From Hyaloraphidium curvatum SAG 235-1 (Eukaryota; Fungi; Monoblepharomycota), in the NCBI GenBank assembly GCA_025558095.1, contig JAIVFI010000023.1, forward strand, positions 248,001-312,000: DNA of 64,000 nucleotides. The letters are read 5' to 3'. The notes below the pieces were generated by a model. That model was not told the origin of the DNA, did no database searches, and saw only the letters and a program-made list of their open reading frames with translations. Shown one piece after another: positions 24,135 through 35,559 of the stretch; the stretch's first letter is position 1; the number at the start of each line of letters is the position of its first letter. A program made the position numbers and the translations under genes.

Positions 24135-26714
24135 TCACTTGTACTTTGACGTGTCCCGTCCGGCAACGAAACTGACGAACCAGTACCAGGGAATCAGCAG
24201 CTTGTTCCGGAGGGAAACGGACATAGTCAGATACGCCGATCGCCAGGTGATCCACGCCAAATAGCTCGCGGCGTACAATGTCAGCACTTCTGCGTCGCCA
24301 AAAGGATCGAGCGGACTTACCCCCGAATGCCCTTGAACCAACTGTTCTCAGGAACGTTGCGTGACAGATCGACGATGGAGCTCCAGCTGCCGAGATAGAC
24401 CATCGAGCTTGGATACGCAGGCAAGTCAGCACGAGCTCATCAGAGCCAATCAGCGACGCACCCTCTGTGACCGTAGGAAAACGGCTTCCCGGCGTCTCCT
24501 CGTCCCAAGCTGTTGAGGTGCTTGGAGAGCCAGACCGCTTTCTGGCTGGCGACCTGAGCTGTCTGCGGCAGCGGGAAGCCTTCCACCGTCGCACAGTCGC
24601 CGATCGCATAAATGCTGCCAGCCGGATCGGGTCCATCCTGCGCCGCCCGCGCTCGGCAGAAATCGTCCGTGACCAGGACTCCTCTCCGATCCTTTTCGAG
24701 CCCCAGCTTGTCCACGAGCGGATTGGGCTTGAGTCCGGTCGACCACACGCACATCCCGAAGGGAAACTCCTCGCCCGACTCCAGCACAAGCCGGTCCTCC
24801 TTCACTTCGCGGATGCGGGTCTCGGTGCGAATGTGCATGTTCTGGCGTTGGAACTTGCGGACCGCGTAGTGCGCCAGGTTCTTGTCGAAGCCGGGCAGGA
24901 TTCGCGGGGCCACGTCAAACACGGTCAGGGACGTGTGTTTGACGAGATCGGGGTAGAGCTTGTGCAGATCTTCGGCGACAAGATCGTGCAGTTCTCCGGC
25001 GAGCTCGATACCAGTCGGACCGCCTCCGACGATCGCGACCGACAGGAGGCGCCGGCGCTCGTCATCGGAAGTCACGGTGGGCTCGGCCGCTTTTTCGAAG
25101 CACGAGTAGATTCGAGAGCGAATCCTGCGCGCGTCGGGCACGTCCCGCAGCGGAATGGCGTGCTGTTCCACTCCAGGAATGCCGAACGTCTGTCCCAGGC
25201 AGCCCACAGCAACCACGAGTTTGTCGTACGACAAGCGGAACTCCTCCCCATCCCCGTCGTCGACGGTCGTCCGGCAGACCAGCGACTTGTCGGCAATGTC
25301 GAGGCCCGTTGCGCTCGCATGGTAGTACACTACGCCGGGTGCGTAGGCCCGCAGGGACTCTGTAATCGCGTTCCACTCAAGGGTTCCCACCGCAGATGAT
25401 GCATCACCTACCGCTGCGCCGCACGAAGGCTTCCACCATCCTCTCAACAGGACAAGGCAGCTTCGGATTGAGCCAAATGATGGTTCCAGCTTCGTATTTT
25501 CTATTGAGATGAGCGCCTCGCCACTGTTATTTTCGAAATCGGACGAGAAATGGCCGAGATAGCCTTGGTTCTCGAGTTCACGTGCTCTAGGTCCAACTGC
25601 CGCGCCGCCAGAGCTGGCAACGGCGGCAACATCTCCGTGCAAAACGATGGCACCTGGAATTCTGTGATTGTGATCGGGTTCAGCTGGAGCTTGCCTGTGC
25701 GAGTCGGAGAATCGCCATCGTTTTGCTGAGGGCGACTCGAATCGATTCACCGATTCGGCCGCGCTACAAATAGCCGCCCCTCCGCGTCTGCCCGCTCCCC
25801 ATCACCGTCCGCCCCGCGGAGGGGCGGCGGCGGCGTACGGCCCCGCCGGCGACGGCGGTGGTCCACGCCGTGCCTCTCGCGGTCCTTCCCCCGCGCGCCG
25901 CCGCGCAGCACGGCGGCCAGCGTGGGGGCGCGAGGGCAGGATCCCCGGCCGATCGTCAAGCGAGGAGTCGTCGTGCTGGCACGTGCGACGACATGGAGTG
26001 AGTTGCGCTGAGCTCCACATGGTCTTCATGCGGGCTCACCTTCTCCCGCCCCGCAGCCTCGCTCGCTGGAGTCGGGCGCGTCCAGGGGACGCCGCCGTCA
26101 TGTACGGCTCGGGACACTGCTGCAGGGGTTGGTCAACTGCTCCGTCGTCCGTCTTCGGCGCTGATTATGTTCTCCTTCGCAGCCTTCGACGCCCGCTATA
26201 GCTTCTGGTCCGGATGCCGGGCCTTGCCCCCATCTGGTGCCTCGAATCGCCCATTAACCTGATGGTGTATCAGCTCTGGTGGACGATGAAGGGGTGCTGG
26301 TCGGGACGGGGCGCACGGACGGGGCGGGGAGAGCGCGGATGGCATGCTGAGGAGCGTGGCGGCCGCTGACCATGGGAAGGGGAGTCGGATTGGGTGAGGG
26401 CTCTATTGACTCATGGGAGTGCTAGCTTTTGCTGTGATGTACGGATTCTGCAAAGATGATGATGCGAGCAACGGCGTGAACACGAAATAGTTCCGCGGGG
26501 ATATGGACACCACGTCGTAAAGTCTGCGGTCCAGTGAAGATGCGACCTTGAAGCCGGCCCAGCCCGTTCCGAGCACGACAACACGGGGCTTTGGAGCAGT
26601 GCTCCGTGCCAGGTCAGTGAAGTTGCGACAGCAAGGCCTTGTACGTAGAGCGGCAGACGACGCAAGCAAAGGCTTCGCCAGCCCAGCAAACGATGTTGGC
26701 AGAAGGAATCGCAT
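24135..26714 (-). CDS. Mitochondrial type II (alternative) NADH dehydrogenase, NDE/NDI family, interrupted by a ~1.06 kb insertion (possibly a disrupted allele)
   Basis: Presequence and [25 protein letters not shown], then the insertion, then [65 protein letters not shown]. Confidence 0.88.
25403..26457. mobile_element. Unclassified non-autonomous insertion with an 8-bp target-site duplication
   Basis: GATGATGC at 25395-25402 and 26458-26465. Removing the insert and one copy restores [14 protein letters not shown] in frame. No TIRs beyond ATC..GAT; the + strand end runs into GAT repeats. Confidence 0.8.
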
Positions 26715-26837
26715 TCTGCATCGCCGATTCCGAGCAAAGCAGGGGAAAATCGGGCGGCGGAAGAACTCAACGTGGCCGCGGGTCCCAGGCTTGGTGCCGT
26801 CTCAAAAGGATCATCGTAGACACCCCCTTCGTGCCAA

Positions 26838-29447
26838 ATGGCGCCAAAGCCGCTCCAGTACGAGCCTTTTGCCTCGGCAGTGGACTCCACGTTCTGGCAT
26901 GCGCTCGCCGCGCTGAAGCTGAACGTGTTCAAGCTCGACGACGCGCCTGTCCCGATCGAAGCGCGATATGGCCCCGGGAGGCTCGTGGCCAAGCAGTCAT
27001 TCGGAGATCAGGATGTGGCGTTGCCCGCACGATTATCTTTATCCGGACAGGAGGCGTTTGCTGCGGTGGACTCCGCGGATCCGGGGAGCGAGAGCACACC
27101 AGCGGACCCCGAGGATCCCCTGTCGCGGAACTGGACCCCGCTCGAGTTTGACAGCTCGGGCACGCTGCACAATAAGAACACGGTGGAGGATTTCAAGGCG
27201 GTCGACAAGGCGGCGTTGCTGAAGGAAGCTGGCGAGAAGGTCCGTCTTCCCCCCGCCTGCACCTCGAAAAAACGTCATCGAACCTCTTTCAACGGTGCAG
27301 ATGTTCTCTATCATCGCAAACGACCCCCGTGCGATCATGACCCGCCCATCGTTGCTTGTGCCATTCGTTCTCCTTACTTTCGCGGACCTCAAGAAGTTCA
27401 AGTTCTTCTTCTGGTTCGCGTTTCCCGCTTTGGTTCCGAAGGAAGCCTACACCGTCTCGCGGACAGCCTCGGTTAAGGAGGAATGGGGCCTCGTGCACCT
27501 CCAGTCCCTCCGTGAAAAGTTCTTGGCTATGCGCAAGGCCAGCGGACACGGCGATGTCGGATTCTTTCTTGTTCGGAGGCGAGGAGGTTCAGATCCGACG
27601 GACATCATTGTCGCTGCGCTTAGCGAGTACGATTCCATCCTATCGTCTCTACAGCCCGATGAAAGAGTGGGTTATGATCGCTCGCCGGTGTCGCTTCTTA
27701 GCTGACTCTCTGACGCGCCCGCGGGCACAGCTGCACCTTGGATTCGTCGATCCCTCCGGCCTTCCGCACAATCCTGGTTGGCCACTGAGGAACTTCCTCT
27801 TCTTTGCGGCCAATGTTTGGGGTCTGCGGTCGGCATCCGTCGTCTGTTTCAGGGATCTTTATGATCGACCGGACATGCCCGGAAGCGTTGTTTGCGAGGT
27901 TCAAATGAGCGAGGAGCCCGCAGGCAAGGTCTGTCCAGATGTCGTTGGATGGGAGCGCAATGCTGCAGGTCAGCTCGCGCCTCGACTGGCGGATCTGGGC
28001 CAGGTCATGGATCCGCGGCGTCTGATGGACTCTGCCGTCGACCTGAACCTTCGTCTGATGCGATGGCGGGCTGTGCCGTCACTTCGGCTGCGGGAGATTT
28101 CGGAAGCTCGCTGTCTGTTGCTTGGAGCAGGGACTCTTGGGTGCTACGTCGCCCGGACGCTGATGGGCTGGGGAGTGCGAGACATCACGTTCGTCGACTA
28201 TGGCCGTGTTTCGTACTCCAACCCCGTGCGGCAGCCGCTTTTCGAGTTCGATGATGCCAAAGGAGGTGGAAAGGAAAAGGCCAAAGCCGCCGCGGACGCC
28301 CTGAAGAGGATATACCCTGGAATGGTTGGTTGTTGCTGCATTGCCGATAATCCGTCTCATGAACCGCTTCCGAATGCTTTAGAACGCTGAAGGACACAAC
28401 CTGTCTATACCCATGCCAGGCCACCCTCCGTCGGATACTGCGAAGACGGGGGAGGAGGTGGCCAAGCTGGAGGCCTTGGTGGATGCCTGCGACGTCATTT
28501 TCCTGCTCACGGACAGCAGGGAAAGCAGATGGCTGGGAACGGTGCTTGGTCGAGCCAAGGGGAAGGTTAGTCTCGGTACCGTCTCGCCGGCAACAGTCTC
28601 ATCTTGTCCTGAAGATCGTTATCAATGCGGCGCTTGGTTTTGACTCGTATCTGGTCATGAGGCATGGCGGTCAGGCCGCGGACTCGAATCCTACGGTTGG
28701 CGGAGGAAGCCATCCGCCGGGTCTCGTCCCGGGCTCTGAGCTTGGCTGCTACTTCTGCAATGACGTCGTGGCTCCTGCAGACGTGAGTTGTTGCGTGGCT
28801 GCGCGCCCGACGTTTGACTCATCGGGACCCTCTAGTCGCTAAGCGACCGAACGCTTGACCAACAATGCACGGTAACTCGTCCGGGAGTCGCTGCGCTGGC
28901 AGGGGCGTTGGCTGCCGAGCTCCTTGTCTCTGTCGTCAACCACCCAGACGGGTAAGCGCCCAGGTGCAAGCGACCACAATTGCCGATCGGCTGACGTTGA
29001 CCGCGCCCTCCAGAATCTTCGCGCCAGCCTTCGCGTCTTCCGATCCCGCAGCGGCTGTACCTGCCAGCGCGACCACGGCGCTCGGCGTGGTGCCGCACCA
29101 GATTCGCGGGTTCCTAGGCCAGTTTTCGACCATGTCGATCGTTGGCAGACGATTCACCGAGTGTACCGCGTGCTCGGACAAGGTGAGCAGCGGATTGCGT
29201 CGGTTGACTCGAGCGGGAGCGAACCTGACCCGTTGCGGCGCAGGTCATCGAAGAGTACCTTCGCAATGGCTATGGCTTCTTCCTGAAGGCTTTCCAGGAT
29301 CCCAAGTACATCGAAGAGCTCACGGGCCTGGCGGAGCTCCACAAAGCAACGGAGGCCGCGGACGCAGGTGACTGGGACGTGGACGACGACGAAGATCCGG
29401 ACTTTGAGGACCTCGGCAGCGCGGGGGAAGCGGCCGACGAGGAATGA
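26838..29447 (+). CDS. ATG7: Autophagy E1-like enzyme ATG7, multi-exon
   Basis: [119 protein letters not shown]. Confidence 0.96.
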
Positions 29448-29565
29448 TGGTGCGGACGATTCTCCGTAGCAGGCGGGACCTCAGCAGAGAATGCTCCTCT
29501 ATATCCTCTACATCGGTGGGATGTCAAAGCGTCAGATTGTTTGCCATAGATAAGCATCCGTTTCT

Positions 29566-31166
29566 TTACGGGTGCAGGAGCACCTGCTCCTCGCCCGACT
29601 GCACCGCCTTGCTGCCAGCTTTGCCTGCAGGATATAACGAGAGGATGAGCATTGCCGGCGCCACGCCACCCGGCCGACACTCACGCTTGAGCATGTTTTC
29701 GTACGCCTTGATGCGGATGCTCTGGACCTTGATGAAGCCCTCCGAGTCCGTCGGCTCGAAGCCGCCCGCAATGTCCATGGACACGAGGTCCTTGTCGTAC
29801 AGGGAGACGGGGGAGTGGCGTCCGAGGATGCTGATGGCGCCCTTGAAGAGGCGAACTGTCGCGACGTCGTCCATCAGCTCCCAAGGCCGCAGATGAAGCG
29901 TGCCCAGGACACAACTCACGCTTGACGGTGCCATCGATGCCCTCCTGGCTCTTGTTGACCGCCGCCATGATGACGTCCCGCTCGGGCGAGAACCAGAAGC
30001 CGTTGTAGATCAGCTTGGCCAGCCGCGGGGCCAGCGTGTCCCGGAGCTCGCGGACCTCGCGGTCCATGGTCAGGCCCTCGATATCCACGTGTGCGGCGCG
30101 GAGGATGGTGCCGCCGGGGGTCTCGTAGCAGCCGCGCGACTTGACGCCGATGAAGCGGTTCTCGACAATGTCGATGCGGCCGATGCCGTGTTTCCGGCCG
30201 AGCTGGTTCAAGTACAGGAAGAGCTCGAGTGCGTCGGTTTTCACTGGCAAATCGTCCGGGCGTCAAGGAAGGTGGCACCTCGACGGGAATAGGCGTGCCC
30301 ACCGGTGCCGTCCTCGAGGTTCTTGACCTCGATCGGAACGCCGTCCTTGAAGACGATCTCGATCTTTTCCGGCGTGTTGGGCGCGTCCTCGGCGTTGGCG
30401 GTCAGCTTCCACATGCCGTCCGGGGGCGAGCAGTCGGGGTCCTCGAGGATGCCGGCCTCGAACGAGATGTGGTACAGGTTCTCATCCATGGACCAGGGGG
30501 CCTTCTTGGTCTGCACGACCGGGATGCCCTTCTCGGCGGCGTACTCGAGCAGGTCCTGGCGACCCTGGAAGCGGTTGTAGAAGGCTGGGAGGCGGTGGCG
30601 CGGTCAGAGCGTGATCCTGCCCCCATGCCCGGGAATCGGGCCCACCAGGGATGCGCCACGGGGCGATGACCTTGATCGAAGGCTGCAGCGCGTAGTAGCC
30701 CATCTCGAAGCGGACCTGGTCGTTGCCCTTGCCCGTGGCGCCGTGCGAGACAAAGTCGCAGCCCTCCTTCTGGGCGATCTCGATCTGCTTGCGCGCGATG
30801 ATGGGGCGGGCCAGCGAGGTGCCGAGCAGGTAGATGCCCTCGTACAGGCAGTTTGCCTTGACCGAGGCGAACACGGTCTCCTCGACGAACTCCTTGCGGA
30901 TGTCCTGGGGCGGCGTCAGGCGGCGCATCGCGGGCGGGGGGCGGCGTGCGCACCTCGACGTAGACCTTGACTGCGCCGCATTTCAGGCCCTTCTGGCGCG
31001 CGGCCTCGAGGTCCTCCTCCTGGCCGATGTCCGCGATGAAGCACACGACGTCGTAGCCCTCGTCGATGAGCCACGCGAGGATGCACGACGTGTCGAGCCC
31101 GCCCGAGTAGGCGAGGCACACTTTCGGGCGCTTCGCGGCGGCTCCGTTGGCGGCGGCGGCGGACAT
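29566..31166 (-). CDS. ARG1: Argininosuccinate synthase, multi-exon
   Basis: [80 protein letters not shown]. Confidence 0.97.
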
Positions 31167-31253
31167 GGCGGCGGGATCAGGGGAGAAGATAAAGGCGGTT
31201 GTGGCGGAGATTGGCAGCGTCGCCCGCTTTGCTTGCCCCCAGAACGGGCTGTG

Positions 31254-31272
31254 CTAGGTTGAGCCAACCTAG
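31254..31272. promoter_or_regulatory. Perfect 8-bp inverted repeat in the ARG1/RPS11 divergent promoter
   Basis: CTAGGTTG-agc-CAACCTAG; function is inferred only. Confidence 0.35.
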
Positions 31273-31323
31273 AATTTCTGTTCGACCTTACCCCCCCTAA
31301 CGCTCAACACCGCAACCGGCACC

Positions 31324-32279
31324 ATGGCGGAACAGGTGATTGTCGGGGGCCTGGGCACGCGGCGTGCTGAGATGGAGGGCTCAGGAGGATGCCGCGGCGT
31401 TGGAGCAGGGCCTGGGGCGCCGGGCTGCCGGCGCGGACGTCGGGCACGATTCCGTGGATCGGGCCGGGGCGGCGACGGCTGCTGGTCCTTCGCCCGAGGG
31501 ACTGGCAGTCTTCGTTGGCATCGCGCTGGACGTGCGCCCTCTCTTCTCTCGGCTCGGATGCGGTGCGGGCAGCGTCTACTGGGGACGGTCTCTGACCATT
31601 CGTCCCGGCATGTGCCTACCACCCACCTCCCCGCTCCCCGCCGCCGCTTGCGCACCGCAGGTCGAGCGCGCGTACCAGAAGCAGCCACACATCTTCCAGA
31701 ACACCAAGGCCTCCATCAAGCGTGCCTCGGCCGGCGGTGCCCACCACCAGAAGGACAAGCGGTGGTACAAGGAGGTCGGGCTGGGCTTCAAGACGCCCAA
31801 GGAGGCCAGCGAGGGCACCTACATCGACAAGAAGTGCCCCTTCACCGGCAACATCTCGATCCGCGGCAGGATCCTGACCGGGGTCATCGTCTCGACCAAG
31901 ATGAAACGCACCGTCATCCTGCGGAGAGACTACCTCCACTTCGTGCGGAAATACGACCGTTACGAGAAGAGGCATAAGAATGTGGCGGCCCACCTCAGCC
32001 CCGCGTTCATCGGTGTGGAGGAGGGCGACTCGGTGACCGTCGGCCAGTGCAGGTTGGTATCGTTGGCTCGAAGGGGCTGGACTGTACTTGGGGCCGTCCG
32101 GGGCGGTCGCGGGCGGCGATGCGGGCTCGACTCGGACGATGGAGCTGCGGGAAGGTCACGCGAAGTTCACTTGCTTACGCCTCTCCCCCGCCAGGCCTCT
32201 GTCGAAGACCGTGCGGTTCAACGTGCTGAAGGTGTCGAAGCGCGCGCAGAAGGGCGCCAAGCGGTTCGCCAAGTTCTGA
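31324..32279 (+). CDS. RPS11: 40S ribosomal protein S11 (uS17), 3 exons
   Basis: MAEQ|[49 protein letters not shown]|[17 protein letters not shown]. Introns at ~31336-31660 and ~32053-32193. Confidence 0.97.
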
Positions 32280-32350
32280 GCACTGTACAAACTGGACTGT
32301 AGATTCATTGCGGCAATATCAAGCCGAAAAACGAAAACATCCGACTCCCG

Positions 32351-34006
32351 CTACTCGTCCGCGGGGAAAAGCCACATGAGGCACCGCCAGATGCGGTGCG
32401 ACCAGTAGCGTTCGTTGTGCTGGTTGCCCCTCGCCTGGTCCCACTTGTCTTGCGGCACCCCTGCCTTCCAAAATTGCTCGTCCGATGTCCAGACCTCGTC
32501 GTCGACGTGGTACCAGAGCGACTCGCCATCGCGCCACCCGAGGCGGCGCAGCTCCCGCACGGCGAGATCGGTGGACTTTTTGTCGTCGATGCCAAAGCCG
32601 CCGATGTGGTCCGAGAGGATCCCCGAGTCCACGTAAGCCTTGAAGGGCACGCCGGTCGAAAACTCGGGGAACGAGGGCTCGATCGGCAGGTGCGGTACCG
32701 GATCGGTGGGCCGGGGTGCGGCAGGGGAATGCGGGCGGAAGGAGGCAAAAGCTGCAACAGAAGAGAGCGAGTTCACTGTCGATCGCGACGGGCGCAAATC
32801 AAAGTCCTCCGACCGCGCTGGTTCCTGGGAAACCGTCAAAGACGGAAGGTCCGTTGAAGCACCGGTCTTGCTTTCTTCCCCAGAGTTCAAGGCCTCGAAA
32901 GGCGGATGCCGCATGAAGAAGCGCTGTATGAGCCACCTTTCCTCGCGCCCGAACGCCCCGCTGATGATGCCGGCAAGGCCAAAGACGTCCGGCCGCTGCC
33001 AGCACAGGGCCGCCGACACGACGCCGCCCATCGAGCTCCCGAGCACGCCCGTGTGCCGGGGGTCCTTCAAAGTCCGGTAGTGCTTGTCCACCTGGGGCTT
33101 GAGCTCCTCGATCAGGAACCGCCGGAAGGCGTCGTACCTCGAGTCGTCGCCCGGGTGACGGAAGAAGTTGCTGACGTAGTTGGGATTATCCCGGAGCAAT
33201 TCGATGTGCCTCCTTGAATAGGGAAATGCGGGACCGCGGTACTCGTGATACCGCGACCGGGGGTGACAGTCGATGCCGACGAGGATGACTTCCCGCATGA
33301 GGCCCGCGGCGATCAGCCTGTTGCACCACGTGTCCACCTGCCAGTTGCCCCATCCGAAAGCAGCTCCGTCGCCCGACGTCGAGAACATGTTCTGCCCGTC
33401 GGTGCAATACAGAACGGGATAGCGCTTGTCCGCGGAAGTGGGTTCGTGGTAGCTCGGTGGCACCCAGATGTGCACGTGCCGTTCCCCGTGGAAGATGTGG
33501 GAGAAATAGGAGCCCTCGTACGCCATCCTGCCCGTCCGCTCGGGTTGTGACCGCCGCACGGGCTCGATGTCCACGTCAAAGGGGTCCACGAGGCCCCGCT
33601 CCCTGCGGACCGAAGTGCCCCGGCCGCTTGCATACGACGTCGGCTCCAAGTCCACGTCCATGACAGCAATGTCGTTGGTCGGATGCCCACGGGCACCCCC
33701 GTGCCCCGGCAGTCGGGGCGCCGAGCTCCGGCTCCTCGCGCCCAGGCCATGCGAATATGCCTCGGGCCCCCTGCCCCCGGCCGGCGAGTCCGCGAGCGGG
33801 CTCTTGCCCCTCCCTTCCCGGGCGTGCGACTCCGGGGACCGATGGGCGGTCCATGCCTCCGTCGGGAGCAGGTAGTGCGGCTTCGAGCCGGACTCAGATC
33901 GCGTCGTAGTCGCCGAGCGGACTTTGGGGCGTCCCGGGGGCGTCCCGCCGGGGCGCGTGACGTCCCCCGTGAGCACCGGCGGGAGCTCGATGTGCTTGGC
34001 CTTCAT
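32351..34006 (-). CDS. Alpha/beta-hydrolase, putative esterase (Fes/IroE/BesA-like), apparently intronless, with disordered N-terminus
   Basis: RHVHIWVPPSY..RYPVLYCTDGQNMF..EVILVGID..FLIEELKPQVDKHYRT..TGVLGSSMGG (GxSxG nucleophile)..YVDSG..QHNERYW. Start codon approximate. Confidence 0.85.
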   Translation of the reverse strand: MKAKHIELPPVLTGDVTRPGGTPPGRPKVRSATTTRSESGSKPHYLLPTEAWTAHRSPESHAREGRGKSPLADSPAGGRGPEAYSHGLGARSRSSAPRLPGHGGARGHPTNDIAVMDVDLEPTSYASGRGTSVRRERGLVDPFDVDIEPVRRSQPERTGRMAYEGSYFSHIFHGERHVHIWVPPSYHEPTSADKRYPVLYCTDGQNMFSTSGDGAAFGWGNWQVDTWCNRLIAAGLMREVILVGIDCHPRSRYHEYRGPAFPYSRRHIELLRDNPNYVSNFFRHPGDDSRYDAFRRFLIEELKPQVDKHYRTLKDPRHTGVLGSSMGGVVSAALCWQRPDVFGLAGIISGAFGREERWLIQRFFMRHPPFEALNSGEESKTGASTDLPSLTVSQEPARSEDFDLRPSRSTVNSLSSVAAFASFRPHSPAAPRPTDPVPHLPIEPSFPEFSTGVPFKAYVDSGILSDHIGGFGIDDKKSTDLAVRELRRLGWRDGESLWYHVDDEVWTSDEQFWKAGVPQDKWDQARGNQHNERYWSHRIWRCLMWLFPADE

Positions 34007-34205
34007 GATGCGGCGATGCTGGTGGCGAGGCGGGGGCACTCGACTTGAGATTTGGAGAGTTGTAGGACCCCTTCGCGTGCTTGCACGCGCGGGCGGCTGG
34101 AGAGACGGCCATTTTCCCGACCCTCCGCACATCGCCAAACTGCTGTAAGTTTGGACATTCGGCCCCGCTGCGAGGCGAGCCGAGACAGAGAGCCGGCAAC
34201 AGTGC

Positions 34206-35472
34206 ATGATCCGAGCCATCCCACGCGTCCTCTCGCAACCCAACACCACCGCACGCGTCAGGATGGCCAGCTCGAGCGCCGCACCCAACGGCAGCGCCCC
34301 GCAGAAGGACATACAGGGCTGGGCGTCGAACGATGGCGCGTTCCGGAGGCTGCCGTCGAGCTTCCGCAACTTCATCGAGAAGGGCGGCGAGTTCCCGCCC
34401 GAGTCGGGACGCTACCACCTCTACATCTCGCTGGCCTGGTGGGACAACCCCTCGGACGCGCCCGGAGCGATCGCGGACGCTGACCGTATCAATCAGCCCC
34501 TGGGCGCACCGCACCCTCATCGTGCGCAACCTCAAGGGCCTTCAGGACGCCATCTCGCTCTCGGTCGTGCACTGGAACATGGGCCCGCTCGGGTGGCGGT
34601 TCCTCGCCGAGGGCGAGGTGGCGGAAAAGGTCACCACCGACCCCATCTTCGGGGCCAAGCACCTCCGCGAGGTGTACTTTGCCGCCGAGCCCGAGTACGC
34701 GGGCAGGTTCACCGTCCCGGTGCTGTTCGACAAGAAGACGAAAAAGATCGTGAACAATGAGAGCTCCGAGATCATAAGGATGCTGAACGACCAGTTCGAC
34801 GAGTGGAGCTCCAAGCCGGGGCTCACGTTCTACCCCGAGGCGCTCCGTGACAAGATCGAGGCCGTGAACCCGTGGATTTACCACCAGATCAACAACGGGG
34901 TCTATCGGGTGGGCAGCGAGGGCGTTCCTCTGTCGACGTTGACGTGCTGATGCCTTGGCTTGTTCCAGAGCGGCTTCGCGACGTCCCAGGACCAGTACGA
35001 GCTCGCCTGCTTCGAGGTCTTTGAGGGGCTGGACAAGGTCGAGGCCATCCTCTCCAAGAGCGAGTTCCTCGCCGCCGACACATTTACCGAGGCAGACGTG
35101 AGGTTGTTCACCACTATCGTGAGGTTCCAGTCCGTCTACCACGGGTGCGTTGCCCACCTTCGGCGTCGCTGCTCTCAAAGCTGACGGACCCCCACAGGCA
35201 CTTCAAGTGCAACATTCGCACCATCTACGACTACCCCTCCATCCTGCGCTGGGTGAGCTTGCTCTCTTCCCCGCGAACCGCAGCGCAATCTGACGGCGTC
35301 GCTGCAGGCCCGGCGGATCTACCAGATGCCCGGCATCGGCGAGACGGTGGACCAGCAACACATCAAACATCATTACTACGAGAGCCACACCAAGATCAAC
35401 CCAACTTCGATCGTGCCGCTGGGCATGGGGCCGGACTTTAGCATGCCGGTCATTAAGCCCGGGCAGATCTGA
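34206..35472 (+). CDS. ECM4: Glutathionyl-hydroquinone reductase (Xi/omega-class GST, Ecm4/YqjG), multi-exon
   Basis: DGAFRR..SSFRNFI..FPPESGRYHLYISLACPWAHR (Cys codon formed across an intron), FTVPVLFDKKTKKIVNNESSEIIRML, INNGVY, HFKCN, HIKHHYYESH..INP. Confidence 0.95.
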
Positions 35473-35559
35473 TTCCGACTCTTTCCATTGGCACGGTGCT
35501 CCGTCCCAAGATTGTACATCTGGAAACTGCAAGATAGACGACTGCTCCCGCTGCTTTCG

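Noticed and set aside
26340-26380. Hammerhead ribozyme in the NADH dehydrogenase insertion (CTGAGGA core-like)
   Set aside because: No GAAA follows the putative stem II.
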